The notes under the pieces: model-generated | What the model was told of the DNA's origin: nothing | Databases searched by the model: none | The model's input: the letters and a program-made list of their open reading frames with translations, nothing else | Source: Eledone cirrhosa | Lineage: Eukaryota | Direction of reading: 5' to 3' | Assembly: GCA_964016885.1 (NCBI GenBank) | Contig: OZ024742.1 | Coordinates: 118,916,001-118,980,000, forward strand | Length of the DNA: 64,000 bases | In this document: in pieces, positions 1-13,250 of the stretch | Position numbering within the stretch: position 1 is the first letter of the stretch | How the letters are laid out: each line of letters opens with the position of its first letter | Translations under genes and position numbers: made by a program

Positions 1-816
1 TGATCTAATGCTCATAGCTGAATCAATGGCTGAACTAGAGAAGAAATTCCAAACTTGGAAGCATGGCCTAGAATCAAAAGGCCTTAAAATTAACTTGTCT
101 AAGACTAAAGTTCTAGTATGTAGGAAGGAAAATAGGGCACTGGACCCCTCTGGGAAATGGCCATGCTCAATATGTAGGAAACGAGTAGGCAGAAACTCCA
201 TTTTATGTCCCAAATGCAAAGTATGGGTGCATAAAAGATGTAGTGGGATCACAGGTAAACTAACTAAGAACATAGATTTTATATGTGGCCGGTGCTCAGG
301 TGCAATAAGTAGTAGCAAGTGCCCACAGGATACTAGTTCCTTCCATTGCCCAGATGGTTCTATAGAAATAGTGGACAGCCTCCGTTACCTGGGTGACAAA
401 ATCAGCAGTGGTGGAGGGTGCTCAGAAAGTACAGTAGCTAGAGTCAGAACGGGATGGAAAAAGTTCTGAGAGCTTATACCACTATTGGTTGCTAAAGGTT
501 TCTCCCTAAAAATGAAAAGCAGACTGTATGATGCCTGTATACAAACAGCAATGTTACATGGCAGTGGGACTTGGGCATTGTGTGCAGAGGATCTGCGCAG
601 ACTGGAGAGGAACGAAGCTTGCATGCTCTGTTGGATGTGTAATAGTAATATACGTGAACAGCAAAGCATAAATGAACTAAGTGAGAAATTAGGAATAAGA
701 GGGATCAGATGCTGTTTACTCGAGAGAAGACTACGTTGGTATGGTCACGTGATGTGCATGAAAGACGACAGCTGTATAAAAAAAGTGCAGGGCGATCAAA
801 ATAGATGGAAGCTTTA
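1..816 (+). mobile_element. RTE-clade LINE fragment (RT C-terminal part with Cys-rich insert)
   Basis: ORFs 8..469 and 485..817: DLMLIAES..GLKINLSKTK..RYLG..ARVRTGWKKF, 'RRLRWYGHV'; one stop codon; same family as 37027-37848 and 41310-42200. Confidence 0.92.
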
Positions 817-891
817 AAATTCAGCAACAAGTAATTACTGATGTTAATGCCTCACTTTTCATAATAAAAACATTTCACTTCATCCTACAGT

Positions 892-1300
892 AATGACGGA
901 ATTAAAGCTGACAATGATGAAATTGAAGTTGACAGTGATGGAATTTAACCCTTTAATGTTCAAACTGGCCAAAACCGGCCAGAATTCTCTACCTTTTTCT
1001 GTTGAAACTGGCTATAACTGGTCACTCAAACTGATGTTAAGGTATTGTTCTCAAAATAAATACTTTAAAAATCTCATAGATTCAATATTATGCGAGATAA
1101 TTATGCAAGGTAAAGCCTTTGTCATGAAAATATAATAGTATATATAGAGTAGTGTGAATGCTATAGGGTTAAGTTGACAGTGATGGAATTTAAGTTGACA
1201 GTGATGGAATTTAAGTTGACAATGATTGAATTAAAATCGACAATGATGGAATTTAAGTTGACAATGACAAAACTGAAATCAACATTGATAAAACTGACAA
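892..1300. repeat. 21-bp minisatellite (TGATGGAATTTAAGTTGACAG) interrupted by a MITE
   Basis: Units visible at 892-948 and 1169-1300. Confidence 0.85.
949..1168. mobile_element. TTAA-flanked about 220-bp MITE (piggyBac-like ends CCCTTTA...TA(A/T)AGGG)
   Basis: Inserted at the TTAA of one minisatellite unit with TTAA duplicated (945-948, 1169-1172). Further copies at about 3981-4209, 15355-15582, 34122-34325, 34573-34779, 51967-52173, 53620-53824, 54747-54930, 60108-60326. Confidence 0.88.
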
Positions 1301-1559
1301 ATTTGAAGGAAAACCCTTCAAACACCTATACACATACATATTATTTTCCATAAACATATCTAAAAAAGTAATATATCAAATCTAACGACCTTTTTATATA
1401 TGTAAGCATAGGCATACACACAGATATATACATATATATATATATGTACACATACAGGCATATATACACATATATACATGCACATTCATTCACACACATA
1501 GATATAATCCATATTCTTTAAGGGAGTTAGGGAAGGGCTGTGTGTAGAGAAGGGTTACC

Positions 1560-2520
1560 TGTTAGGTAGAATCACTGGATTGAAATACCTTAGAAATTTG
1601 TATATTTTTTTGTCTACAAGTGAAGATTAATTCTGAGTCTTTGTTAAGTAGACTGGATAAAAAGGATTTTGAATAATTAAATGGTGGATAACTGATATGG
1701 TTTTTCTGGTGCTGGAGTAAGGTTTGATAATGGAGAGAATCTTTCCAGCAATACTGAATGGTGTATTGCTATCTTTTAGGGACCAGATATGGTTTGATAA
1801 ATTTGTGTATGATTTTCTATTTGTGCATCTTAATGTACTATCTAGTTTTAAATATATTAGCTATGTATGTTGATATGATAGAATTAGTTTGGGTGGTGGA
1901 TGAATAGATAAGTTCTTCAGCTAGACAATTTTCTTCTAGGGGCAGGTGTTAGTGTTGATGCAATTACATGTTTATGGGTTGGTGTTTTGGGGAGGATAGC
2001 TTATATCTGTTAGAACTGGCTAATATGTGTTAGGAATTGTTGGTGGTAGAGTACAATTGTTCTATTTTTACTTAGAGTTTTAGTAGAATGTCCAAAGAAT
2101 TACTCAGTCTGTGAGTTTCACTTGAGAGCCTTGCTTCTTAAATCATCTGGGAGTGGTAACAGGATGTATTTTGTTGATAAGTTTTTACAAGAATCATTTA
2201 TTAGTTTGCTTTTAGTTAGACCATAGAAATTGCAGGTCTTGTGTCTGAAGTGACTTATGTAATCAAATTCTTTCATAGTTAGACCTTTTCAACACTTATT
2301 TAGTAATGTTAATAGATTTTCGATTTTTTTTTTTATTGTTCGTAGTTGTTTGCTTTTTTATAGTAATTACTGTCTTTTAAAAATTGAAGTGCAAGTTTTT
2401 AATAATGATCTATATTCATGATAACTACTGTGCTACCTTTATTGGAATTTCAATGTCTTTTTGTAAATCATGTCCACTTCTGAATATCAAAAAGCTTCAT
2501 TTGTAACTCTGAGAACTTAA
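1560..2520 (-). mobile_element. Degraded Penelope-like element (GIY-YIG endonuclease region)
   Basis: Minus-strand remnants translate to 'CNC....CP' linker and 'TNLSNHIWSLKDSNTPFSI', typical of PLE endonuclease regions; many stops. Confidence 0.6.
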
Positions 2521-5164
2521 TTTATGTGATAATATGCTGTGGATATTTGCAAAACTACATTGGGCAAACTCAAATGTTATTATGTAAGAAAATGAACAAA
2601 AACTGGCAACAAATCTGTGATGTAAACATCATACAAATCCTCTTAAGTAACATATACAGGAATGAACTTCTCTATTTGAAAATATTCCCCTTCTACAAAT
2701 GTTCAGATTCAATTATAGCCCAACAAAGAATCAAGAAAATAAAGCAATGTATTTACAAATAAACCAGGTATAATTGTTATCATTAAATAACAATCAATTA
2801 ATCAATAGGTGACACTGCATGTACGGATTCCCTTGATTCTCTGTAACCATCTTATTCTATTGTTCATCATATTCAACAGGTCAGAGAGATTGTAGTTTAT
2901 GTTGTCACAAATCTGCTTGATATAGTCTTGGCTTGTCATTCTTAGCTAGTTCTTCCTTGTATAGACTCCCACAAAAGAACTTCATTAACAATTTCATCTT
3001 TAGCTCTCCAGCAATTCCCTGCAAATCTAACTCTTTGATGATGTCTGATACTGGACGAAGGTTCCCATACAGTCACTCATTGGTTAGACAACCTCTCCAA
3101 GAGACATTCAAAGCTACTCAGAGCATGTGAGTGTGGGCTCCATCTAATCTTCTTTCCAGTTTTGAGGTAAGGGTCCACTCTAAATATAAAGTACCCACAT
3201 ATGTGTGTGTGGGGGGGGGGGATGCAGAAGCTATGTTTGTGTATATGTACGTGTGCTAGTGCATCTATGTGTACAACCTTATACATAAACACCACAAGAT
3301 AAATACAAGAAGCTTCTTTTACCCAGTTGAATAAATCCATTTTTAAAACTCCTCCTCAACATACAAACCACAGGATCTCTTAAAAAGCTTTCTTTGGCTT
3401 TTTAAAAAATTACTACTGCCTTTGTATGTGGTCATTTTACAGAAAATATTTTAAATACTGCAACTGAATAAAATTGAAATAAAATGTGACTCTTCTTCTA
3501 CCCACCCCTCACATAACAGAAGATCAGAACAAACAATAGATAGAAGCTTTTATTGTGAAATGAAGTACTAGAAGCTTCTACAATTCAATGGATTTCTAAA
3601 TATTGAAATTTGAACTCTACTTCAGCCCTCATACCACCTCAAACACAGAAATATATATATAAGGATATGCTGCAGATAGAAAAATAACTATTCTTTGAAA
3701 AAGTCTCACAACATGAGAACTTAAATTGTTAAAGAAAATCATTTTTTGAAAGTTATTTTTTAAACAGTCGAAACTAGTAAAAATATTTAATAAACTTTAA
3801 ATCTACTTCACCAAATATAGAAATATTTGTTTTGTCTGACTAAAGAAAAAGAGAACTTTTTAATACACTCAACATTTCAGCCTTTATTTTGTTGTGTGTG
3901 TGTATATATATATGTATACACCTGACCATTTCTGCAGACTTCACCATCTTTTGATACCATAAATTCTTTAGCAGAGCATGTTAACCCTTTAGCATTTACA
4001 TTACTCTATATTTACTATTATATTTTCACGGTAAAGGCTTTATCTTATATATTTATCTCACATAATATTGAATCTATGAGATTTTGATATTATTTATTTT
4101 GAGAACAATACCTTAACATCAGTATAAGTGGCTGGTTATAGCCAGTTTTAACAGAAAGAGGTGAGAGAATTCTGGTCTGATACAGCCGGTTTAAATGCTA
4201 AAGGGTTAATATAGCCACTTAATGAAACCCCTTTGTTTACTTAGAATTAATGACCCTAAAAACAGGGGTGGCTGTCAGTATGTGTGTGTTTATCTATAGG
4301 TACTTAGTGTGAATGCCCTTTACATTTGCTTTGTATTATTGTGTATAAATTTCTCTAAATATGGTTTTTGCAAAGAATCCCTGTTCTTAAATATCCTATG
4401 ACCTATGACCTCCACCCAACCCAATCACCATCTTCCCCTATCACCAGAAAACCATATCATAATGACAGTCGGCTTTCCTTCGAATGAAACAGTTCTAGTC
4501 CTGTAGAAGCCATTTCTATATTAAATATTTATACTCTGCTATGTATCGAGTACCTTACTTACTGTGGTTACCCCTGATTGAACACAAGATATACTCACAT
4601 ACATATATATATATGCAAATGCCATATTACGAATATCCACTTGGTTAGCACTCTGAGACAAATTTTGCTTGATACACATTCAAACCATATCTCATTGGGT
4701 GAATAATTGTGAGCAAACGGGTTTATGGTGAATATTCCCTATAACCTTGTCAATATATATCACCATCATCACTGTTTAACGTCCATTTTTCCATGCTTGC
4801 ATGGATCAGACAGGTTTACTGAATCAAGAGACAAGTCTGGCCAGGATTAGCCATGCTGTATCTTATTCTGACGGGACTGTAAATTTGGCCAGGGCTTTTA
4901 CAGCTGGATGCCATTCCTAACACCAACCACATAAATCAAAATAACAATTGACTGAAAAAACATTGGGGAAATTTGAAATGTAGTTGTCCCAAATACAGAA
5001 ATGACCTTAATAATAGTTGATCACTATAAATAGCTGTTGGCAGAGACACCTGTGAGGAATCAAACACCCACATCTATCTCACAGACACCTCCAAGGTTAT
5101 TTTACCTGATTTTCTCAACTATTATTTATAGTGATTGACTATCATTATGGTCATTTCTGCACAA

Positions 5165-5355
5165 GGGCCAGACGCTATGCTTTGCAGCATAGTTACGCCC
5201 CTTTACGGACTGAGTTCAAATCCCGCCGAGGTTAACTTTGCCTTTCATCCTTACGGGGTCAATAAAATAAAGTACCAGTAATGCACTGGGAAATTGCTGG
5301 CCTTGTGCCAAAAGTAGAAACAATTTTTGGCCTTGTGTCAAACATAGAAACAATT
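5165..5355 (+). mobile_element. tRNA-derived SINE family A (5'-truncated copy)
   Basis: B-box GAGTTCAAATCCC, core CTTTGCCTTTCATCCT..GGGGTC.ATAAAATAAAGTACC, tail GGCCTTGTGCCAAAAGTAGAAACAATT. Other copies at about 9420-9520, 12060-12250, 15895-16090, 20280-20460, 26600-26735, 33290-33500, 52490-52690, 59300-59420, 62650-62815. Confidence 0.8.
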
Positions 5356-5396
5356 ATGGTCATTTCTGCAATCAGATGATTACTTTTCAAATAAAT

Positions 5397-5680
5397 ACAC
5401 ACACACACACACACATATGTGTGTGCTTGCATATATGTATATGTATGTGTGGCTATATGTATCTGTATGTGTGTGTATGGCTATATGTATGTGTGTGTGT
5501 GTGTATGGTTATTTTGTATATGTATGTGTGCGTATGGCTATATGTATATGTGTGTATGGCTATTTTGTATATGTATGTGTGTGTATGGTTATAGGTATAT
5601 GTATGTGTATGGCTATTTTGTATATATGTGTGTGTATGGCTATATGTATATGTATGTGTGTGTATGGCTATTTTGTATAT
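5397..5680. repeat. Compound (CA)/(TATG)/(GTGTATGGCTAT..) micro/minisatellite
   Basis: Directly visible low-complexity repeats; overlapping ORFs are artefacts. Confidence 0.9.
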
Positions 5681-6244
5681 GCCAGTGTAAACCTCAATGT
5701 CAAGTTGTGTTACTTTATGACACAAGCTAACTTAACTCTTCAGTTAATAGTTAGGTAAGATAAATACCATACTGAAAAGTGTATTAGGGCCAATATGATT
5801 CACTAAAAAGTTAGTGCCTCAGCATGGCCAATGCCCAATAACTGAAACCCATAAAAGAATGGGTGGTTTGGGAGTTAAAGTATTTCTATAAGGATCAATG
5901 CACACTAATGAAGAACTAATAATAGTTTGACTGTAATTGTTTTCTGAGAATCAAAATCAATACAATTTTCCTATCTGTAGCTATATGAATTGAAATCATA
6001 TAAAATACATAAATATTCAACTGAATTAATGGCACACACTTTTGGTTACCAAATCAGCTATTTTTATATTCTCTTTTATGAAGTAAAATGCCAGAAAATA
6101 CCAAAAAAGTTGATAAATCAAACATTTAAAAAAAGAATTAATTAAATTTGAAAAATAAGATTATTAATTTGAAAAGATTTTTTTTTTTTGATAACATAAA
6201 ATTAATTTGCTTCATTTTAATTTTAAAAGCACTAGCTAACTTAC

Positions 6245-7309
6245 CTTTGTTAGTTCTCCAACAATAAGGGCTTGTTGAATCCCAGAATAAAATACCACAC
6301 CAGTAGTGAGAAGCCACCTTTTTTCAACCCAAACATGAAAAATTTCATGCAACTGATGTTTAAAATCTAAATTTCTTTTTTGAACCAAAATGTCAGGTTT
6401 ATGGAGAAACACTGAGACCATAACCAATGCAGCAATTGTAAAAGATAAAAACACAATTTTTACTGTATGAAATTCACCAGCAAATGTATTAACAATACTT
6501 AGTGGCTCTTTTGGGCAGTAGTCAACATTCATAGCAGCAAATGGATGGTCATGAGCAAATGGTGTGTGAAAATGTTGAACTGATAATGGTTCAGATGGAA
6601 TATAAGAAATCTCTCGTACAGCACGGTTAGATGAACCAAACATTGCAGCTTCATCAGATGAAAATGTTAACGTTGAGTTGATTCTTTCAGTGAAATGAGC
6701 TTTATTTAAATTATGATGCTGAAAGAAGATAAAGGAAACTAAAGAATTACCCATAATTTGTGCCAACTGAACACTTATGACAAGTGCCAGATGGAAACGT
6801 TTTAAAACATCGCTGACATTTATTCCTGATAAAGCTGCAAAGTTGGCAGCATAACTGGTACATAGAAGTTCTTGTGACCGCCAAAGAACAGCTTGACAGA
6901 GACCGAGGATGCAAGAAGCTGGAATTAAGGTTTCAAATGATGGGTAAAGATGTGATCCTGCAAAAATAGAATGTCCAATAATGGCAAGAACAATTGCTCC
7001 TTTGGGGTGAATGTAATGGGCAATTGCAGATAATGCATAGCATCCTATGACATAACTGGCATAAATACAACAAAGAGAAAAGTAGCCAAGACCATTTCCA
7101 GGATACATGGTTGATAGCAAGTTGCGAAGAGGTATAAAAGTGCTTATAATAAGCAATAAGCTCAAACAAAGAGATGCAAGATTAATCCACATTGTACTGC
7201 GATGCCGACGCATGCGTTCAGCAATCCATTTTTTGTGTTCAATAACTACGCCTTCTACATCAATGGGGTCATATTTGTCAAACTCTTCGCGGAATTTTGC
7301 TGAAGTCAT
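6245..7309 (-). CDS. UNC-93-like (UNC93A-type) MFS membrane protein, first coding exon (355 aa); later exons not found in the window
   Basis: ORF 6236..7309 with several hydrophobic helices and UNC-93 motifs (GLG..SL..IY, 'TLIPAS.ILGL..A.LW..Q', 'Q.AQI.GN..S', 'YSG.QQA...GE.TK'); AAG|GTAAGT donor at 6244; acceptor TTTATTTCTAG at 7420 implies a 5' UTR portion 7310-7419. Confidence 0.85.
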
Positions 7310-7984
7310 GTTTGTGTTGGTTATTACTCAAAATATTAGAAAAGAGTTTTTAATTTTTTCTTAAATGAAATTTAATTCATTGTGGTTGAGGCAAGTTGAA
7401 GGTCACCAGTACATTTTATCTAGAAATAAAACAAAATATCGATTAGAAAATCAAATGAAACATCTCTGACATAATTAATTTATAATGTTTACTATTTATA
7501 TCACATCACTTTGTTTCCAGTTTTGAGAGACATATTAACATTTTATATTACATTGTAATTGTTGTGTAATTATTTATATTGCATTATAATCAGTGTGTAA
7601 TTATTTATAAATTGCAAAACATTTTCCTATCATTTATATCAAAACATAAAACTGAAATTTATTCATTCGCTATAGAATAATTTATCAATTCATTTTTAAT
7701 AGAACCATCTACCAATTTTTTTTTTCTTTTGTAATTTACAATTTTGTATTACATTTGACATTTGAAACAACTCAAATTTAATATCTAGACCCTCTTTGTT
7801 AAAAAATATATCAAAAGAACATATTTGCTTTCCATGTTAAATTAAAAACCCAAAACTGATGAAAATTTAACAAATTATATTTATTTATATATATTTGTAT
7901 AGTTATTGTTATTAAAATTTCATACATTTACTAAATGTATGAAATTTATTACTTTCAAATATCTAGGTGACTTTATGCACACCA

Positions 7985-8056
7985 CATACACACACACACA
8001 CATACATATGTATATATATATAGTATATAGATAGATAGATATACATATACACACAG

Positions 8057-8119
<63 letters not shown>

Positions 8120-8140
8120 TACATATACATATATACACAT
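7985..8140. repeat. (CA)n/(TA)n microsatellite
   Basis: Directly visible. Confidence 0.95.
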
Positions 8141-10331
8141 ATCTCTTCTTCCTTCCCTCCCCCTCTTCTATCTCAGATATACTATCACACAGATATGCTA
8201 TGTTTTGCAGCTTCTTGCTGACCTTTCTCAAAGGAAAGTCCAACTTGTTCATACTATGAAAACTAAACAGCCAAGACTTAAAATACCTATACTAATTCGT
8301 TTTTATTCAACTATTCAGTCATTCATTTCTCAGTTTTAATTTTTTGTTTTGTTAACATTAGCAGCTTCTTGCTTTTACATCACTGCACCCCTCCCACATA
8401 CACCTTGCCTACTACCTTCTAGTTTGTTGTTTGGCAGACATGAGTTTGCACCCTCCCTCTTTTCCACCACCTTCCCATCCGTTGGTTTTCACACTTACAC
8501 TCTTATATCACCAATGTCCATTTGCTACTCTGCTCACCATTGCTGCTCAGTGTAAATGAGTGTCTAGGAGGACAGTCACTCTGAGTAAAGTAAGATTAAG
8601 ATTGCACAGCGTGGATGTTGAACTTTGTAAGCTATTGAGATGGCAGATCATCTAGGATGAAACTCCAATTACAAACGACTCCCTAGGGCAGATGTGGACC
8701 CTGTAACCAGAATGAGGCAGCTCATCTATGAGGACAGTGGCTTTGATTAAAAATGACTACACAGGCCAGATGTGAACTCTGCAAGCCATAGTTAAGGCAA
8801 CCCATCTAGGAAAGCAGTAACCAATTAAAAACAGCTGCAAGAGGCAGACGTGGGCTCTATAAGCCATAGTGAAGGCAACCTGTCTAGGAGAGTAGACACT
8901 AAATAAGAACTGATACAGGGTGGAGACAACTCTTGAGTTCACTACGATAACCTCTCTAGTGCTGGTGGCACAAAAAAATGCACCCAGATCACGCTGTAAA
9001 GTGGTTGCTAATAGGAAGGACATCCAGCCAGAGAAAAACCCTGCCAAAATTATGGAAAGCACAACATAAGATTCACACTAACTGTGTATATAGGACTAAC
9101 ACTAGTCATGTTAGCGCTCTGTACAGTAGTGAGGTGATTAGAGTAGCCATGTGCGAGAACACCTTGACCATCATACAGCCTTTTTCCCTTCCAGGTACAT
9201 AGAATTCTTTATTTTCAGATGGCTTCTCCAACTTTCACATTTATCATTGCTATTGTCGATATTTATATACATTAAAGGATGAGAAGAAATAGATAAGATT
9301 TGCTAGTTAAGTTTACTTTAGACTACTACTACGATTTTCAATATATCTTGATAGTCTATTTCTTTGTTTTATGGCATACCATAGTGGCAATTTTCTTTCA
9401 TTATGTTTATATAAACATAATTGTTTCTACTTTAGGCACAAGGCCAGCAATTACCCAGTGCATTACTAGTACTTTATTTTATCGACCCCGTAAGGATGAA
9501 AGGCAAAGTCAACCTCGGCGGGATAATGAAAAAGAATGTAAAATGTTATTGGGCCAATTACACATGAAAGAGACATCCAGGAGCCTCATCACAATGTGTA
9601 TACATATGTGAGGGTGTGTGTGTGTATGTGTGTGTGTGAGTGGTGGGAGAAGTCTTTGAGAGAAGTGAGAATGAGAGAGAAAGTATGATGCTAATGTACA
9701 GTCAGTCAGTTATTCACGAGGAAGACAAACTGCAAACCAATGCACATGCCATAATGTTTATCCCGTGGCTAGACATCATAATATAGAAGGATGAAGCCAG
9801 CTTTGAAAAGCAATTGGTGGAAAAGATAACTATACAACTTAGCTGAAATTGCCAAATAAGTTTACAAGAAGCTGATATTGACAGGATTAAAGCCATCATG
9901 TAATATCTTCTTATTCTGGATGAAATAATTGATGGAATGATAATTATCTTCCGTTAGCAGATTGCAGGATGTTGGAATTGAACTGTAAGTTAATCGATGT
10001 GTTCAGACATATAGAAAGAAGTAGAACAGTCAGTTAGAAATAAAGAATAAGTAAGATCGACGATGCTTCCTCTCTAAATATTGATTTCTTCTCACTAGGA
10101 ACAAGACCAATTCTCACACGGAAATAGTATACCATTGATTGAATTCACAGTATCCTTTTCTTTTACCTTTTACTAGTTTCAGTCATTAGAATGCAGCCAT
10201 GCTGGAGCATTCTCTTAAAGAGATTATTTAGTTGATCATAGTGAGACCATTATTTATTTTATAAGACCTGGCACTTATTTCATGGATTTCTTTTCGTCAA
10301 ACTATTAAGTTACCGGACATAATCATATGAG

Positions 10332-10364
<33 letters not shown>

Positions 10365-12449
10365 AAAAAGATGACAATCACAGAGATACAAAAACAATTA
10401 AGGTTATTAGGTTCACACTTAGATGAAAGAGAGAAAAAGGAGTTCAATGTATCGGACTTTAGTCCTTCATCAAGAGAGTACAAGTAGAAAGATAGAAAAA
10501 CAATTGTTCACAACCATGCCTGCAAGCTAGGGTATTATTTATATATATTTCATTGATTCTATAAGGAATGAATGGCAAAGTCATTGTTAGATGATTATGT
10601 ATTCAGAAAGTAAAACAATAAAACAAAATATTTCAAAACAGTCAAATTACTATGAATAACAACAGAACAATTCAAGTATAGAAATGTGTTGGATCTATCA
10701 AATGCATTTAAAACTAACAATAAGAAACCTAAAGCTCATGTTTTATATACTAACAGAAGAATGTTATGAATTATGTATGCACTTTCTTCAGAGATGGCTC
10801 TATGCTTACATATACACATTTGTATGTATGCATATTTATATTATGTATAATAACAAATAATTCAATTATGCAAAATTAAGCAGAAACACATGGATACACA
10901 TGCACACACAAACATACATATCAATCATATTGATGTAAATCAATAGATTAATAGGCTTAAAAGAGTAAGTATATTGATTTTTAGCAATATGATTGAGAGA
11001 AACAATTATTTAATTACTCAGAAGCAAACAAATAATAAAGAGACAAAATCACAAAGAAATGATGTCAAATCATTTCTAGAATCATTTAATCTTTTAACCT
11101 TGACCTTAACAACAGACACAGAGATCATAAATAGTAAACCCAAGATATAATATACTTCATCCTCAAACATAACATGGATTCTATTATAGAGTAAAAGGAG
11201 TAATATTCTACAGTTGGGGGAATCAAACCATATGCAAGGCATTCACAGAAATATATCAATCAATAAATGTAACAGATGAAGAAATATATATTTAACCAAA
11301 GTATGTCATCTTTGATACTCATAGGAAAGAAAATACTCAGTGTGGAATATAATTATAAATACGTTAATCAGAAGAATATGATATACATGTGGACCTATAT
11401 ATTTAAATCCCCAAACATGATCTGTACTTGTATTTTATTGATCAGGGGGGAAGTTTGGAAGACGAATTGATCATAGAAATAAGTAAATAAATTAATAAGA
11501 GGAAAGAATTTACATAGTAAAATAAAAGCTAAGAATTTTGGCTATTTAATTAAAAGGTAAAAATGGAAAAGGAGCGAATCTATAATTAGAAATTCGTAAA
11601 TAAATGAAGTTATAAATACAATTAGTGGGGATGTAAACCTGAAAGTAAAGTTGAATAAAAATGTATGCAGAGAATTTAGGCTATATAATGAGAATTTAGG
11701 TTATATAATGAGAAGGTAATAATAAAGAAAGAAAATTGATCATTGGGATCAAGCTAAATTAGCAGATTAATCAAGTTATAAATACTGAAGGTGAAACAGA
11801 GGAGGTGTAAATCTAAAAATAAAGTAGGAAAAGGATGAATACGAAGAATTTAAATTAAATAGTGAGTAGGTCATCATCATCCTCATTTAATATCCACTTT
11901 CCACGCTAGCATGGGTCATAATTATTAATAAAGTGAATCTATAATTGGAATCGAGCTTAATTGGTAGATAAATGAGGTTATAAATAGACAGTCGAGATTC
12001 TAAATCTGAATATAAGCTGGAATAAAAATACACGCAAAGTGACATTATTGGTAAAGATAAGGGTGGTGGATTGGCAGTATCGCTAGAGGCACGAACGCCA
12101 TGCTCTGCAGCATAGAGTTACAGCCCTTTATGATCTGGGTTCAAACCCCGCCGAGATTAACTTTGCTTTCATAATGTGGTCCATAAAATAAAGTACCAGT
12201 AATGCACTGGGATAATTGCTGGCCTTGTGCCAAAAGTAGAAACAATTATTGGTAAAGATAATTAATTGGTTGAAAATGTTTCTAAATTTTCAAAGATTTT
12301 GTATATGGAAGGTAGAGTCCTTTCAGTATGTCTATTAAGAATTACGTCTAGGTTGTGCAAACTTTACATGGTTCTTATTCCTGGTGTAAGATTTAACTTT
12401 GGATAAAATTTCTCCAACAACTTTAATGAATATTTAGGGCTATGTATAC

Positions 12450-13250
12450 ACTATAAGAAATGAGAAGAGATGAAGGCTTCTGAAGTTCTGTGATACAAAT
12501 GATCTAACCATTTACAACATGAATTTCAATAATTTGGTCTATTATCTGATCGTCTATCAAACAGGTGAACACATAAACAAGATAGACTTTATTCTCATCA
12601 GGAAAAAGGATAGACAAATAGTTGTAAATACTAAGTCCTTTCCTGATGAAGAATATATTACCAAAGATAGATGAGTGATTAGGGACTTCAGAATAAGAGC
12701 TAGATGGACACAGAGACAAAAGAGAATTTGGAGCAGGAAGACATGAAGGCTGAAAGATCTGTTAAGCTGGTGACAAATTCAGAGAAGTTCTACTTGATAC
12801 TTATTAGAGAAAAGAAGAGGAGATAGCAATTTATAACAGGAAAATTGGAAGTTTCTACAGAACCTGCTAAAACCACATTTGTAGCTGGTGCAAAGTTCCA
12901 GCAAGTATAACTACTATTCCATGGTGATGGAATAGTAGTGAAGATAAAGTCATAAAAGCTAAGAGATTGGCCAGGAAAGACTGGATGAATGGGAAAAGCA
13001 CAGCAATATCAAGTAACTACAAAAGAGGTTAGGTATTTTGTATGCTTAGCTGGGGAGGAAGTAGAAAGTAAGAGATTTGTATGTTCTATGATATAAGGAT
13101 CAGAGACTTAAGGTGTTCTGGATTGTAAAACTGTGCTAGAGAAATTTGAAATATTGGGCATTCAGAATGATAGCAACACACTCATACTGAAAAAATGGGA
13201 GATTATTGATGGAGGAGAATGCATGAGAAAGGGAGAGGTTTACCCAAAGT
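12450..13250 (-). mobile_element. Highly degraded LINE remnant (endonuclease-to-RT linker region)
   Basis: Pyrimidine-rich minus strand with LINE-like remnants (e.g. PSHSSIFGN, TPIPK-like); no intact ORF. Confidence 0.4.

Noticed and set aside
5376-5758. Overlapping Cys/Val/Tyr/Met-rich ORFs
   Set aside because: Microsatellite translation artefacts.
820-6230. Downstream exons of the UNC-93-like gene
   Set aside because: No segment with convincing splice sites and UNC-93 C-terminal similarity was seen; they probably lie left of the window, though a short exon could have been missed.
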